From positions 1 to 64,000 of the IMG/VR virus record IMGVR_UViG_3300000756_000009: a stretch of 64,000 nt of DNA; one strand, 5' to 3'. The notes under the pieces were generated by a model. It was not told the DNA's origin. It ran no database searches and saw only the letters and a list, made by a program, of their open reading frames with translations. Both the position numbers and the translations under genes were made by a program. The first letter of the stretch is position 1; every line of letters starts with the position of its first letter. Source of the stretch: a virus (lineage: Duplodnaviria; Caudoviricetes). Below, in pieces: positions 42,001 to 50,911 of the stretch.

Positions 42001-44865
42001 ATAGAAGAAAGAGAAAATGTAATTAGAAATGCAGGTGAGCAATTATTAAAACTTTCAGGAAATAAAGATCTTCAAAGTCTTTATGATTTTATGTTAGAAT
42101 ATGATAAGGATGGACAATTTACAGGGTTTTATACTCAAAAAATTGGTCAACAATATTACAACATGCAACAGTCATTAAGAAGTGAGCTTTATGATGACAA
42201 TGGTAATCCATATGAATACAGAGATGTAAGTAATCTAGATAAAGCAAAACCAGAAGATATTAAATACAATATTGAGTTAGCTAAAAAGAAAGCTGCATTT
42301 AGTAAATTCTTTCAAGCTGAATCAACAGATGCTGATGGTAACTTTATTGATGGTGAATATCACAGATATACTGATGAGTTTATAAACGCAAGAAATAGGT
42401 ATGAATTTTGGGTACCATCTAAGAATAAACAATATGGAACTTGGTATAGAAAGCCAAGAATCTCAGATAGAGATTATGCAGTGTATGAAGCTAAGTATTA
42501 TAACTTTGGTACATATACTAAAGCTTTAAGAACTAATGGTGAGCCAACAGGAGCAATTGCAAAAGAACAAGTATTACGTTCTCCAAAAGTTCAATTTAGA
42601 GTAGCTAGAGAAATTTCAGGATCTGGTGAAAACATGACCAGTAAAAAGTATCAAGCAATAATGGATCCTACTAAAACAGATGCATTAAGTATTGCTCAAA
42701 GAAACTTTTATAACATGTTCATAAAGTATTATGAAACTGAATTATTAAATAAATTACCACAAGGCATTAAAGATCAGATGTCAGGCCGTGTTCCTATTGT
42801 TAAAAATAATGTTTTAGATACATTAAAGAATCAACCAAACATTGTTTCTAAAATGTATGCTAGTACAGTTAGATCTATTAAAAACTTTACTCAAGAAACA
42901 GCAACTCAAAAAAATGTTTTACTTGATGAGCAGGGTAATTTTGTTAATTCACTTCCTATATTCTATACCGGTAAAGTAAGAGTTGATGAAGATCTTGCAA
43001 ATGTTGAAACAGAAATAACAGCATTACAAGATAAAAAGAAAAAAGGAACAATTGGTCCTGAACAATATAAACAAGAATTAGCATTACTTAATGGTAAAGC
43101 AGCACAACTTAGAAGTCAACCTTCATTAGGAGAACTTAATAAAGATATGACTTCTGGTTTACTCAAATTTAGTGCAATGGCTGAACATTATGAGGTAATG
43201 GGTGAAATTGAAGATACTCTTACTGCCATGGTTAAAGTTATTGAAAATAGAACTTATACACCAGCAGATCCAGCAATAATTACAGGAACAAGAATTGATA
43301 GTAAATTTAAAAAAGTAGGAACAATAAAAGGTTCTGATTCTAATGCTTTAAGAAGAGCAAAGAAATACATGTCAATGATTTACTATGACAATGAACTTGC
43401 AACAAAAGGTATGATTGATAAAATTGCTGATGAACTTATTGGTCTATCTTCATTATCTTATGTAGCGTTTAACCCATTTGGTAACCTAAATAACTATGTT
43501 ATGGGTAGAATTAACAATGGTATTGAAATGTTAGGTAGCAGATACTTTAGTAAACAAGACTATGCTAGAGCATCTAAAGAATATAATGTTCAAGGTATCC
43601 CTGGATTATTATCTAGAACAAGCACCGCCTTAACTGATCTTGCTGATATTGCAACATTGGGAAAAACAGGATTAAAAAAATCTACTTATGATGCAGATAA
43701 AGCTAATAGTAAATATGAAGCATTTGTAGACATGTTTAGAATGATGGATAAAGCTACAGATATCCGTGAAAATAATTCTGAATTAGATAGCAAATCTATT
43801 TGGTCTAGATTTAAAGAATGGGGTTATGTAATACAAGATGCTGCGGAATATAATGTACAAACTAAAGTTGGAATGGCTATACTTATGGGTGTTACAGTTA
43901 AAAATAGTACAACAGGTGAAACACTATCTCTTTATGATGCATTTCAATACAATTCAGAAACACATAAAAATGAATTAATGTCTGGTTATGATACTATTGT
44001 AAATAAAAATGGTAGTGAACAACCATATACTGATCAGTTTAGATATGATTTAAGAAATGAAATTAGAGAAGTGAATAAACAAATTCATGGTAACTATGCT
44101 AAAGAAGATAGAATGGTTATTCAAGGTCATACTATTGGTAACTTAGCAACACAATTTCACAAGTGGATTGCACCCGCAATTAGATCTAGATTTAGAAGAG
44201 AATACTTTGATGAAAATTTAGGATGGATTGAAGGTAGATATAGATCCTTTTTTAAATTCTTAAATCATGCTAAAGGTGAAATGGTTAGGGGTAATTTTAA
44301 CATAAATCCTGCCAAGTACAATGAAAGTTTTAAAGAGGCATACGGCTTTACAGGTGATGGTGGTAATATAGATCAAAGAGCTGAAGATAAACTTAGAGGT
44401 TTTTATAGAACAACGGGTGAGCTAGGTATTATGTTAAGTGTTGTTGTATTAAATTCATTATTATCCGGTGTGCTTTCTAATGATGATGATGATGATGAAT
44501 TAACTAAAAGACTTAAAAATCTTGTAAGACTTCAGGGAGATAGAACATATAAAGAAATGGTATTGTTTACAATTGCACTTCCAGAGAGTCAACAACAACT
44601 ATATTCAATGATGAAATCTCCAATTGCAACTACAAGAACTTTAGGTGAATTAGGTGAAGCTTTAGAATTAACTTATATGACACCATTAGCTTATATATAT
44701 GAAAGTAAAGATGAATTTTATGCTGACAAAGATTTTGTATATCAAAACAAACCCAACAAGGGTCAATTAAAATTGTACAAAAACTGGGCAGATGTTATTC
44801 CTATTTTGTACTCAATACAGAAGTGGGATAATATGATTAAAGCACAAGACTTCTATATCAAGTAA
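39085..44865 (+). CDS. Large virion cargo protein with a PD-(D/E)xK nuclease domain
   Basis: 1926 aa. AGTADLVV...IVDLKTS (D 40696, D 40738, K 40744) with QVNLY (40990). Degenerate zincin-like EEMLH near the N-terminus. Long helical C-terminal region. Confidence 0.75.
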   Translation: MAKCPNKNTPEYKALQKVYKSEIATNNIINSWQDANSTDVFPTVVEAQQFAKYNKVAFALKQKSFAESLLNNLRDKKLIHTEFGLSLINVTNPDLFYIDRVYDKAVVESNRNKIIEYLKANNIPLDSVSIIATDKTYKIEVNQNMFTAKDMLESSRSWDTPRAKAVVMHLKRMFPQIQVKMLSVADAETLYNSIPQWQKSKVKFREINSFFVDGIAYLVKGRVTNETAIEEMLHPFIDAIKVDNPELFNTLLAEAKLNFPEMVQSITEAYNNNRNFSQLERDLEIVTQALSRHFNNEYEKTPTKKFLDKIKEALDWFLNVINNLNEYMTGKPLSVKDINNKTNFTDIAKLLNTEGIRFKLESRANAKVRYSLSPEKQKIVDKALDKSNSIQQEIIKKLFHVAVSSKEEIDSLSANLSDTASANTIVVLNKEDHTYVDITNREIYKSVTTAIKGQLANEEDVQLNLAIGNDVDALLDAIISEQSFEEAFPKMKVLNEELAGRMFDMLEEQITQLIPQGAVGISQVVVFDEATRLAGTADLVVIDKNGKIRIVDLKTSKNSIYDRTFVDAVKNKIPGRTQGTKYELKEYELKEDMPALDAKGNPILNADGSPKIYLGSDLKKIHGVNKLSTIAQHNLQVNLYRRMFENMGYTVYEGDGGAITFHIQADITGVGKQQVFNNNFRLDGRVEHPISENLLYINMLVPSVMNNTEKESLDRAIGNAEDAIYRGDKDVDAMEKIADTIEAQQYPEYNTIFDALQNYSVALVEQDKALDKLKNNVYRDKTKAQTRDDIASTLAYIASNINTGPIARSQTYTNLLRASLNQMQKFTAYVEDPANVNKPEYITYALNFNRFLSTFEALYSIKDSKELNATQRTLVLQMQLEQNKLLGVNGKEGLINDAIINYVKEIIRTRSNKDFGGKGSGFTEEMLDDLLVIAPDIAMDALNVQDMATQKDTILAVMDKIYKSQKQKLLDKIEERENVIRNAGEQLLKLSGNKDLQSLYDFMLEYDKDGQFTGFYTQKIGQQYYNMQQSLRSELYDDNGNPYEYRDVSNLDKAKPEDIKYNIELAKKKAAFSKFFQAESTDADGNFIDGEYHRYTDEFINARNRYEFWVPSKNKQYGTWYRKPRISDRDYAVYEAKYYNFGTYTKALRTNGEPTGAIAKEQVLRSPKVQFRVAREISGSGENMTSKKYQAIMDPTKTDALSIAQRNFYNMFIKYYETELLNKLPQGIKDQMSGRVPIVKNNVLDTLKNQPNIVSKMYASTVRSIKNFTQETATQKNVLLDEQGNFVNSLPIFYTGKVRVDEDLANVETEITALQDKKKKGTIGPEQYKQELALLNGKAAQLRSQPSLGELNKDMTSGLLKFSAMAEHYEVMGEIEDTLTAMVKVIENRTYTPADPAIITGTRIDSKFKKVGTIKGSDSNALRRAKKYMSMIYYDNELATKGMIDKIADELIGLSSLSYVAFNPFGNLNNYVMGRINNGIEMLGSRYFSKQDYARASKEYNVQGIPGLLSRTSTALTDLADIATLGKTGLKKSTYDADKANSKYEAFVDMFRMMDKATDIRENNSELDSKSIWSRFKEWGYVIQDAAEYNVQTKVGMAILMGVTVKNSTTGETLSLYDAFQYNSETHKNELMSGYDTIVNKNGSEQPYTDQFRYDLRNEIREVNKQIHGNYAKEDRMVIQGHTIGNLATQFHKWIAPAIRSRFRREYFDENLGWIEGRYRSFFKFLNHAKGEMVRGNFNINPAKYNESFKEAYGFTGDGGNIDQRAEDKLRGFYRTTGELGIMLSVVVLNSLLSGVLSNDDDDDELTKRLKNLVRLQGDRTYKEMVLFTIALPESQQQLYSMMKSPIATTRTLGELGEALELTYMTPLAYIYESKDEFYADKDFVYQNKPNKGQLKLYKNWADVIPILYSIQKWDNMIKAQDFYIK

Positions 44866-44867
44866 TT

Positions 44868-45003
44868 ATATGCAATTGCATATTGCAATACGCAATAAGG
44901 CTAATGTATATGCAAAAACATATAATGTGTAATAAAACCATCATTAAACCCTAAAATGGGACTTAATGATGGCTTTATCATACATTAAATAAACCTATAG
45001 GTT
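44868..45003. repeat. Cluster of palindromes/hairpins at a convergent gene junction
   Basis: atatgcaattgcatat (44868-44883, perfect); tatatg/catata (44907-44924); ataaaaccatcattaa/ttaatgatggctttat (44932-44978, one mismatch); aacctataggtt (44992-45003, perfect). Confidence 0.8.
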
Positions 45004-45007
45004 GATT

Positions 45008-46657
45008 TTATCCTTCACAACTTGCACAATCCAAAATGTTTCTAGCAAATTCTTGAGCTGAACTTTGACTAAATTGATAGTACAAAGTTTTAACTCCTTG
45101 TTCATGCGCATACAGATACAGTTGATTAATATCTTTAGCTGGAACAGACGGATGAATCATTAAGTTAAGTGACTGTGACTGATCAATAAACTTTTGTCTT
45201 TGAGCCGCCTGCAAGATTAACTCTTTAGGGGTGATCTCAATGAATGACTTGAATACTGTTTTTGTAGGAAAATCTAAGTGTTGAACTGAGCCATCCTTTT
45301 TCAAGATGCTTTTCCATACTTCCGGGGTATTCATACCATACTTATCCAACTCACACTCTAGGAAAGGATTCTTATAGATAGTCTTAGACTTGGCCAGATC
45401 TTTAATAAAGTAATTAGATTTGATTGGTTCAATCCCCATACTCACTTGTCCTAAGATGAATGAGCTTGATTTAGTAGGAGCAATTGCAATCAATGTTGAA
45501 TTGGCATAACCTTTTCTAATTGACTCAACACCCTTAGAATCATGCAACCATTTAGAGGCCGCCTCACTTTTATCTTTAAGTGTTTTAAAGATCTGAGAGT
45601 TTAACATTTTAGCTTCCAATGAATCAAAATCAATCAATTTAGATTGAAACAGTGAATGGTATCCTAAAACACCCAAACCAATTGCTCTGTGTTGACTTGC
45701 AAATCTATATGCTCTTTTCATACCGGGCATTACAGCAGCCTTCTTAATAAACTCATCCATTACAGCATTTAAGAATAATGTGTAAGTTTCAATAGCGTCT
45801 GTGTTTTTCATCTCTTCCCAGTGCAACAGGTTGATAGATCCTAAGCAACAAACAAATGAGTTGAATGAATCCGTTGGTAACTGAATCTCAGAACATAAAT
45901 TGCTAGCAGTAATTTCAAGGCCCAATTCTTTATAAGGAGTATTGTTATTTGAATTGTCCTTGAACATAATGTATGGAAAACCAAACTCATTACGTCTTTG
46001 AATTACCTTGGCCCATATTTTACGTTTGTCCCCATCACCAGCTTTCATTTCTTCTAGCCACTTGTCAGTTACTGTAACACCATATTGTAGATTTTGTATT
46101 GGGTTTCCCTCAGTACCAATATCTAAGAACTCTAAGGCATCTAAATGCTCTAATGGTAACCATACAGCACATGCTCCTCTTCTTGCTTCAGATTGCTTGC
46201 ATACGTCTACAGTGGTATCATAAAGTTTAGCATAGTGTATTGGTCCATCTGCATGGCCCCCGGTTGAAATAACAGCACCTCTTGGTCTGATATTACCTAA
46301 GTAAACACTTGTCCCTCCGCCATACTTTGACATCAAACCAATCTCACGGCCACCATTTAGGATACTATCTAATGAATCATCTACATTAGAACCATAACAA
46401 CTAATAGGTAAACCTTTTTGTTTACCAAAGTTAATCCACACAGGGGTAGATAAACTATAAAACCCTTTGGCCATGTACTCCTCAAACTTTTGAGCAAAAC
46501 CATCAATCTTTAAATACTTTTCAGCAATTGTTGAAATGTCTTTAATTCTCTGTTCAGGTGTTTCTGTTATATAACCTCTTGATAAAAAGGTGCGGCTATC
46601 TTCATTAAGCCAATAATATTTTTTATACTCCATGTGTTTGTTATTAAAATAAATCAT
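45008..46657 (-). CDS. nrdA: Ribonucleotide reductase class I alpha subunit (short, no ATP cone; class Id-like)
   Basis: 549 aa. PISCY, ASNLCSEI (radical Cys), VCCLGSINL, IAPTKSSS, QSQSLN, KTLYY and a C-terminal CASCE redox pair. Confidence 0.95.
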   Translation of the reverse strand: MIYFNNKHMEYKKYYWLNEDSRTFLSRGYITETPEQRIKDISTIAEKYLKIDGFAQKFEEYMAKGFYSLSTPVWINFGKQKGLPISCYGSNVDDSLDSILNGGREIGLMSKYGGGTSVYLGNIRPRGAVISTGGHADGPIHYAKLYDTTVDVCKQSEARRGACAVWLPLEHLDALEFLDIGTEGNPIQNLQYGVTVTDKWLEEMKAGDGDKRKIWAKVIQRRNEFGFPYIMFKDNSNNNTPYKELGLEITASNLCSEIQLPTDSFNSFVCCLGSINLLHWEEMKNTDAIETYTLFLNAVMDEFIKKAAVMPGMKRAYRFASQHRAIGLGVLGYHSLFQSKLIDFDSLEAKMLNSQIFKTLKDKSEAASKWLHDSKGVESIRKGYANSTLIAIAPTKSSSFILGQVSMGIEPIKSNYFIKDLAKSKTIYKNPFLECELDKYGMNTPEVWKSILKKDGSVQHLDFPTKTVFKSFIEITPKELILQAAQRQKFIDQSQSLNLMIHPSVPAKDINQLYLYAHEQGVKTLYYQFSQSSAQEFARNILDCASCEG

Positions 46658-47624
46658 CTTCTGTTATACTCTTTCCTTTTTTGTTGTAATCAATTGATTT
46701 TTTATAGAAGAAATCACCCTCTTTTGTTGAAAGAATTTCAATGTTAAACCACTGAGTTTTTTCAAGTAGTTCATTATCAACATCAAACAAGGCTTTCATA
46801 CCTATGTTTTGTAGTGAATTATTGAATCTGTCTTTGATAAAGTGTTGAATTGTTTCTTTAGATAGAAAAGATAACTCTCCTTTTTCAAAGATCCAGTCTA
46901 GTATTTTGCACTCAGCTTCATAAGCTTTCTGACATGCAGAATCTATAAGTTCCTCAAACTCAGCGTCAAACCATTCAGGATTTTCTTTTTTAATGATGTT
47001 TATCAGTTCAGCTCCAAAGTTTCCGTGGATTTCTTCTTCTTTACTTGTTGCCTCAACCACATTTGAAATACCTTTAAATAGGTTTTTCTCTTTGTTAAAA
47101 GACATCATGATTAAGAATTGGCTAAACAAACTGACATGCTCAATAAACAATGAAAATAAAAGTACTGATTTAGTGTACATTTTATTGTCTTTGCTTCTGG
47201 TACCATCTAGGTATTTGGTAAGATATGCTATCCTGTCTTTAATAGCCGGGATTTCTACTACATGTTGGAACTCTTTTTCAAGGCCCAAGATTCTAAGTAG
47301 TTGTGCATAAGCATCTTTGTGTCTTACTTCTGATTCAGCAAACGTCATACCTACATCACCAATTTCAGTGATTGGCATTCTTTTGTAAAGGTCTGCCCAA
47401 AAGGTTTTGACATTAACCTCAATTTGAGCAATTGCTAGCATAGATCTTTTGATTACTTCTCTTTCTTTAGAGTCAATTGTGATCTTAAAGTCTTGGATAT
47501 CTTCAGTAAAATTAAACTCAGTGTGTATCCAATATGAGTGTCTAATTGCATCTTTATATGCTAATAACTGGGGGTATTCATACGGCAATATGTTTACCCG
47601 TGGTAAAAAAATGTTTTTGTTCAT
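46644..47624 (-). CDS. nrdB: Ribonucleotide reductase class I beta subunit (class Id-like)
   Basis: 326 aa. AIAQIEVNVKTFW, ESEVRHKDAY, FIEHVSLFSQF, EEEIHG and C-terminal KSITEDDLF. Confidence 0.95.
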   Translation of the reverse strand: MNKNIFLPRVNILPYEYPQLLAYKDAIRHSYWIHTEFNFTEDIQDFKITIDSKEREVIKRSMLAIAQIEVNVKTFWADLYKRMPITEIGDVGMTFAESEVRHKDAYAQLLRILGLEKEFQHVVEIPAIKDRIAYLTKYLDGTRSKDNKMYTKSVLLFSLFIEHVSLFSQFLIMMSFNKEKNLFKGISNVVEATSKEEEIHGNFGAELINIIKKENPEWFDAEFEELIDSACQKAYEAECKILDWIFEKGELSFLSKETIQHFIKDRFNNSLQNIGMKALFDVDNELLEKTQWFNIEILSTKEGDFFYKKSIDYNKKGKSITEDDLF

Positions 47625-47675
47625 AAAATTGTATTTTTGAGTTTTAAAGTTCTAAAAAAGAACTTGGTGGTATAT

Positions 47676-47687
47676 ATAATTTACTAA
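47676..47687 (-). promoter_or_regulatory. Promoter-like motif TTAGTAAATTAT upstream of nrdB
   Basis: Variant of the recurrent TTTGTA(T/A)ATTAT motif, about 50 nt upstream of the nrdB start. Confidence 0.45.
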
Positions 47688-47701
47688 AAATAAAAGACTT
47701 T

Positions 47702-47896
47702 TTAGTTACTGGGATGCATGTTTGCATAACTAATTGTAAAAAAAATGAAGCCCACTTCTATTCCTGTGACTTGACGGTATCTTTCATCCTCACACAATAC
47801 CTCACAGTTAATAAGTTTGAGTCCAAGTATTGGCTCTGTTGGTAGAAACTCTACGTTAAATCTGTTTTTAAAGATTAATGGGTTGACTTTATTCAT
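47702..47896 (-). CDS. Hypothetical protein (64 aa)
   Basis: Fills the gap upstream of nrdB on the same strand, with an A-rich leader. Confidence 0.6.
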   Translation of the reverse strand: MNKVNPLIFKNRFNVEFLPTEPILGLKLINCEVLCEDERYRQVTGIEVGFIFFTISYANMHPSN

Positions 47897-47936
47897 AATG
47901 ATTTTTTGGTTTAAAAAGTTAATTTGTAAAATTATT

Positions 47937-47948
47937 TTTGTATATTAT
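47937..47948 (+). promoter_or_regulatory. Putative phage promoter motif TTTGTATATTAT
   Basis: Exact copy of 345-356, located where transcription switches back to the + strand. Confidence 0.6.
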
Positions 47949-48000
47949 AAGGGTATAGCCAATGAAATAACCTGGCAAATATAAGATATATATATTTATA

Positions 48001-48387
48001 ATGAAAAGTAGGATACTTAATATTTTCAGTTATTATGATACTGAACCAATGGAAATACTTATTGGTATAATTTGGCTTATCATACTACCAATTATATGGT
48101 GCTTTGAGTTCTCTTGTAACTTATTTATCATAATCCCAAGTATCTTATTGGGTTTATCTATGATTAAAGCAACTTGTTCTCATCCAGTCAAAGTAAGAAA
48201 AACTTTAGCTTATGGATCATTCATCTTTTCAATCTTTGTAATCTTAGCATTTGTATTTAAAGGAGCAATGTTTAATCCTACACATTGGTTGTGGTTTTTA
48301 CCATCAGTTATATCTTTTTTAAATTTAGTAGCAATGACATCAAAATATTATAGAACACAAAAACAATGCAGCAATGACATCATATGA
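48001..48387 (+). CDS. Multi-pass membrane protein (holin/antiholin candidate)
   Basis: 128 aa with about four hydrophobic segments. Confidence 0.6.
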   Translation: MKSRILNIFSYYDTEPMEILIGIIWLIILPIIWCFEFSCNLFIIIPSILLGLSMIKATCSHPVKVRKTLAYGSFIFSIFVILAFVFKGAMFNPTHWLWFLPSVISFLNLVAMTSKYYRTQKQCSNDII

Positions 48388-48688
48388 TAATGTAACAACC
48401 GTATTAGTCACAATGATGACTGTTCTATTCTCCGCAGGAGCATGGAAATTTTATGAAAGAAGAATAAAGTTAAAAACTGACTTAGAACGAGAAGATAGAA
48501 CTGATCACAATATGTATAGAGATGATTTAAGAGATAGAGTCAAAAGACTTGAGCAATTATTAACAGATAGTGCTATTGAAAAAGATTTGATGAGAGATCA
48601 GATCCTTTCACTTACAAAAGAAGTAAGTACGCTACACGTTAAAGTTGAGTATTTAGAAAAAGAAAATCAAAGACTTAAGAATATATAG
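48374..48688 (+). CDS. Single-TM coiled-coil protein (holin-like candidate)
   Basis: 104 aa. N-terminal hydrophobic helix (VLVTMMTVLFSAGAW) followed by a charged coiled coil. Overlaps the previous gene. Confidence 0.6.
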   Translation: MTSYDNVTTVLVTMMTVLFSAGAWKFYERRIKLKTDLEREDRTDHNMYRDDLRDRVKRLEQLLTDSAIEKDLMRDQILSLTKEVSTLHVKVEYLEKENQRLKNI

Positions 48689-48722
48689 ACTAATATCATT
48701 TATTTGCTTATATAGATAAGAA

Positions 48723-48734
48723 TTTGTATATTAT
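48723..48734 (+). promoter_or_regulatory. Putative phage promoter motif TTTGTATATTAT
   Basis: Third exact copy, about 30 nt upstream of the ATG at 48766. Confidence 0.6.
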
Positions 48735-48765
48735 GTATAGGTAATGTTAACTAAAATAATAAATT

Positions 48766-49002
48766 ATGTTTAAAGAAGTATTATATGCAATATGGACTTT
48801 TTCACTAGAAAAAGGATATAATTGGGTTTTATCTAAGACAACAATTGATGAAAAAGCAATTGAGGCAATTGATGAAATTAAAGTAAGAAGTGTGTTGGTT
48901 AAAAAAGAACTTAAAGATGTTGTTGATGCAGTTAAAGGTGTACCAACCAAACCAAAAAAAAAATATTACAGACCCAAAACCAAAACAGAAACCAAAAAAT
49001 AA
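48766..49002 (+). CDS. Small protein with a basic C-terminal tail
   Basis: 78 aa, ending in KPKKKYYRPKTKTETKK. Confidence 0.7.
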   Translation: MFKEVLYAIWTFSLEKGYNWVLSKTTIDEKAIEAIDEIKVRSVLVKKELKDVVDAVKGVPTKPKKKYYRPKTKTETKK

Positions 49003-49004
49003 TT

Positions 49005-49334
49005 ATGGTTAATTTATATAAACTATATAGATTTTTTAGACAACAGTGGCTGGGTGGTATATTAATTATAGTTTGGTTTATTTCTGTATTTATATATCAA
49101 ATTAAAAAAAAAGAGTTAGTTGAAAAAGCATATGTTTTAGAGGCTAAAGTTAAAGAATTAGAAAAAAAAGCAAATGCTGAATTAAAAAGTGTAGATAGTT
49201 TTAAAACTATTGATACACTTATAGTAACTAGAATTAAAATAATCAAACAAAAAGAATATGAAAAAATACGCATTATTGATTCCCTTCCTGTTAGTGGGCT
49301 TCAAAGCTATTTCACAGAACGTTACCCAAAGTAA
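49005..49334 (+). CDS. Inner-membrane spanin (Rz-like) candidate
   Basis: 109 aa. N-terminal TM helix (WLGGILIIVWFISVFIY) followed by a coiled coil. Overlaps the next gene by 77 nt. Confidence 0.55.
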   Translation: MVNLYKLYRFFRQQWLGGILIIVWFISVFIYQIKKKELVEKAYVLEAKVKELEKKANAELKSVDSFKTIDTLIVTRIKIIKQKEYEKIRIIDSLPVSGLQSYFTERYPK

Positions 49335-49734
49335 AGACTCTGTTGTTATTCTTTCTGAAAGACAAGCTAGAGCAGTTGCTACTGATTTAGTAAAATATGA
49401 TTTTTTAAGAAATATTTCAAATGAACAAGAAAAAAGAATCTTTAACTTTGAAAATACAGTTGTAGCATTAGAAAATACAATAAAAATAAAAGATAGTATT
49501 ATTTTTATTCAAAGGGATTACATTAGTGCACAGAATAAAGTTTTAAGTATAAGACCTAAACCACAATTCCATGGTTATCTTGGAGTTCAAAGTTCAGGAT
49601 TTACAATTAATACACCTTTATTTTCTGGAAGAATACTTTTAGAATGTAAAAAAGTTAATTTTGGTATTCAATATATAGGAATGCCAACCATTAATAATCA
49701 ATATGGATTACTTGTAGAATATAAATTATTTTAA
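49258..49734 (+). CDS. Secreted coiled-coil protein with an outer-membrane-like beta C-terminus (spanin partner candidate)
   Basis: 158 aa. Signal peptide MKKYALLIPFLLVGFKA without a lipobox Cys, then a coiled coil and alternating beta strands ending in EYKLF. Confidence 0.55.
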   Translation: MKKYALLIPFLLVGFKAISQNVTQSKDSVVILSERQARAVATDLVKYDFLRNISNEQEKRIFNFENTVVALENTIKIKDSIIFIQRDYISAQNKVLSIRPKPQFHGYLGVQSSGFTINTPLFSGRILLECKKVNFGIQYIGMPTINNQYGLLVEYKLF

Positions 49735-49738
49735 AACA

Positions 49739-49882
49739 ATGGCAGCTAAAACAAAAACACAAACCACAACATTTAAACCTACTGCAAAAGTAAGTAGACC
49801 CGGTGTACATGCTAAGACTAAAACGTCTAAGATTAAGACATCAAAGTTATATAAGAAAAAATATAAAGGACAAGGTAAATAA
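49739..49882 (+). CDS. 47-aa highly basic peptide
   Basis: Not in the ORF track: MAAKTKTQTTTFKPTAKVSRPGVHAKTKTSKIKTSKLYKKKYKGQGK. Fits tightly between its neighbours (ATG 4 nt after the previous stop). Confidence 0.75.
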   Translation: MAAKTKTQTTTFKPTAKVSRPGVHAKTKTSKIKTSKLYKKKYKGQGK

Positions 49883-49883
49883 T

Positions 49884-50030
49884 ATGGAAGACTGGACATT
49901 AAAAATTGAATTTCACTGGCCACATGATAGATTTGCATTGGGCTGGGAATACATTGCTGCTGATAGAACATATCAGTATAGGACTATAAAAATTTATTTC
50001 TTATTTACTACATTTACATTAGATTATTAA
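49884..50030 (+). CDS. 48-aa hypothetical protein
   Basis: MEDWTLKIEFHWPHDRFALGWEYIAADRTYQYRTIKIYFLFTTFTLDY. The start is 1 nt after the previous stop; the track's upstream start at 49803 overlaps the basic peptide gene. Confidence 0.65.
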   Translation: MEDWTLKIEFHWPHDRFALGWEYIAADRTYQYRTIKIYFLFTTFTLDY

Positions 50031-50034
50031 AATT

Positions 50035-50307
50035 ATGAAAGCTCAAGGTTTACAACAAGGTAAGATATCTAAACAAAGCGTAAAGCTATTGTGTAGAACA
50101 GGGGGAGAATTAGATGATGCTATGCAAGGATCTATGGTTGAAAAAATGAGAAAAGGTGGTGATGCTATGAGATATGCATCTAATGCTGATGGTTCAAGAA
50201 AGAAACAAGCATATAAAATGGGTGGTTATATTCAATCAGAAACAAAAAAATATAGAGGTGGTGGTGTACCAACAGCATTTATTTATTCTGGGTCATCTAA
50301 AAAATAA
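50035..50307 (+). CDS. 90-aa basic protein built from xxGG motifs
   Basis: Contains CRTGG, MRKGG, YKMGG and KYRGG. Confidence 0.75.
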   Translation: MKAQGLQQGKISKQSVKLLCRTGGELDDAMQGSMVEKMRKGGDAMRYASNADGSRKKQAYKMGGYIQSETKKYRGGGVPTAFIYSGSSKK

Positions 50308-50312
50308 AAAAT

Positions 50313-50909
50313 ATGAATATTTTAACTGACATATTAAGTTTAATTAAAAGGGGTGTATTTGTTAAGACTGCATCACCTGAAGATGTTATTGTACTTGGTG
50401 TAAATGAACAACCAGATATGACTGGCGTAGCTTCACCTATACCATACAAATCTGTTAAGCTTATTAAAGTTAAAGATCTTAAGATTGCTCCGGCATTTTG
50501 TGATAATGTAAATGCTCCAACTACACCGGCAGCAGGAACAGGTCAAGTATTTCAAAAACAAATTATTGATCCTATAACCAATGTATGTACAAATTACTTT
50601 AGATCTCTAAAGTCACTAAGTACTAACTTAACCATTAATGAATCAGTAGATGATAATTATGTTGAGCTTACCACTACAGGTGAACCTAATTTAGCAAGTA
50701 ATCTTGGTACAGGTACTGGTTTATATGCTAGTAAAACTGGTGAGACACTTAATTTTAAATCATTAAAAGGTACAGGTGTATCAATAAGTCAATCAGGAAC
50801 AGAAGTTACACTCAATCATGCAACTAAAATCATATTAACTGCGCCTAATAATACTTTATGGGAAGTGACTATAAGTAATAGTGGTGGTATTATAACTACA
50901 CAAGTATAA
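50313..50909 (+). CDS. Short fibre-like structural protein
   Basis: 198 aa. Repeat-like NLGTGTGLYASKTGETLNFKSL and C-terminal ILTAPNNTLWEVTISNSGGI. Confidence 0.6.
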   Translation: MNILTDILSLIKRGVFVKTASPEDVIVLGVNEQPDMTGVASPIPYKSVKLIKVKDLKIAPAFCDNVNAPTTPAAGTGQVFQKQIIDPITNVCTNYFRSLKSLSTNLTINESVDDNYVELTTTGEPNLASNLGTGTGLYASKTGETLNFKSLKGTGVSISQSGTEVTLNHATKIILTAPNNTLWEVTISNSGGIITTQV

Positions 50910-50911
50910 AA

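Noticed and set aside
44901-44981. 26-codon minus-strand ORF (MIKPSLSPILGFNDGFITHYMFLHIH) downstream of nrdA
   Set aside because: It is composed entirely of hairpin sequence and has no independent support.
49803-49883. The track's longer start for the 49803-50030 ORF
   Set aside because: The extension overlaps the 47-aa basic peptide gene; the ATG at 49884, right after that gene's stop, is more plausible.
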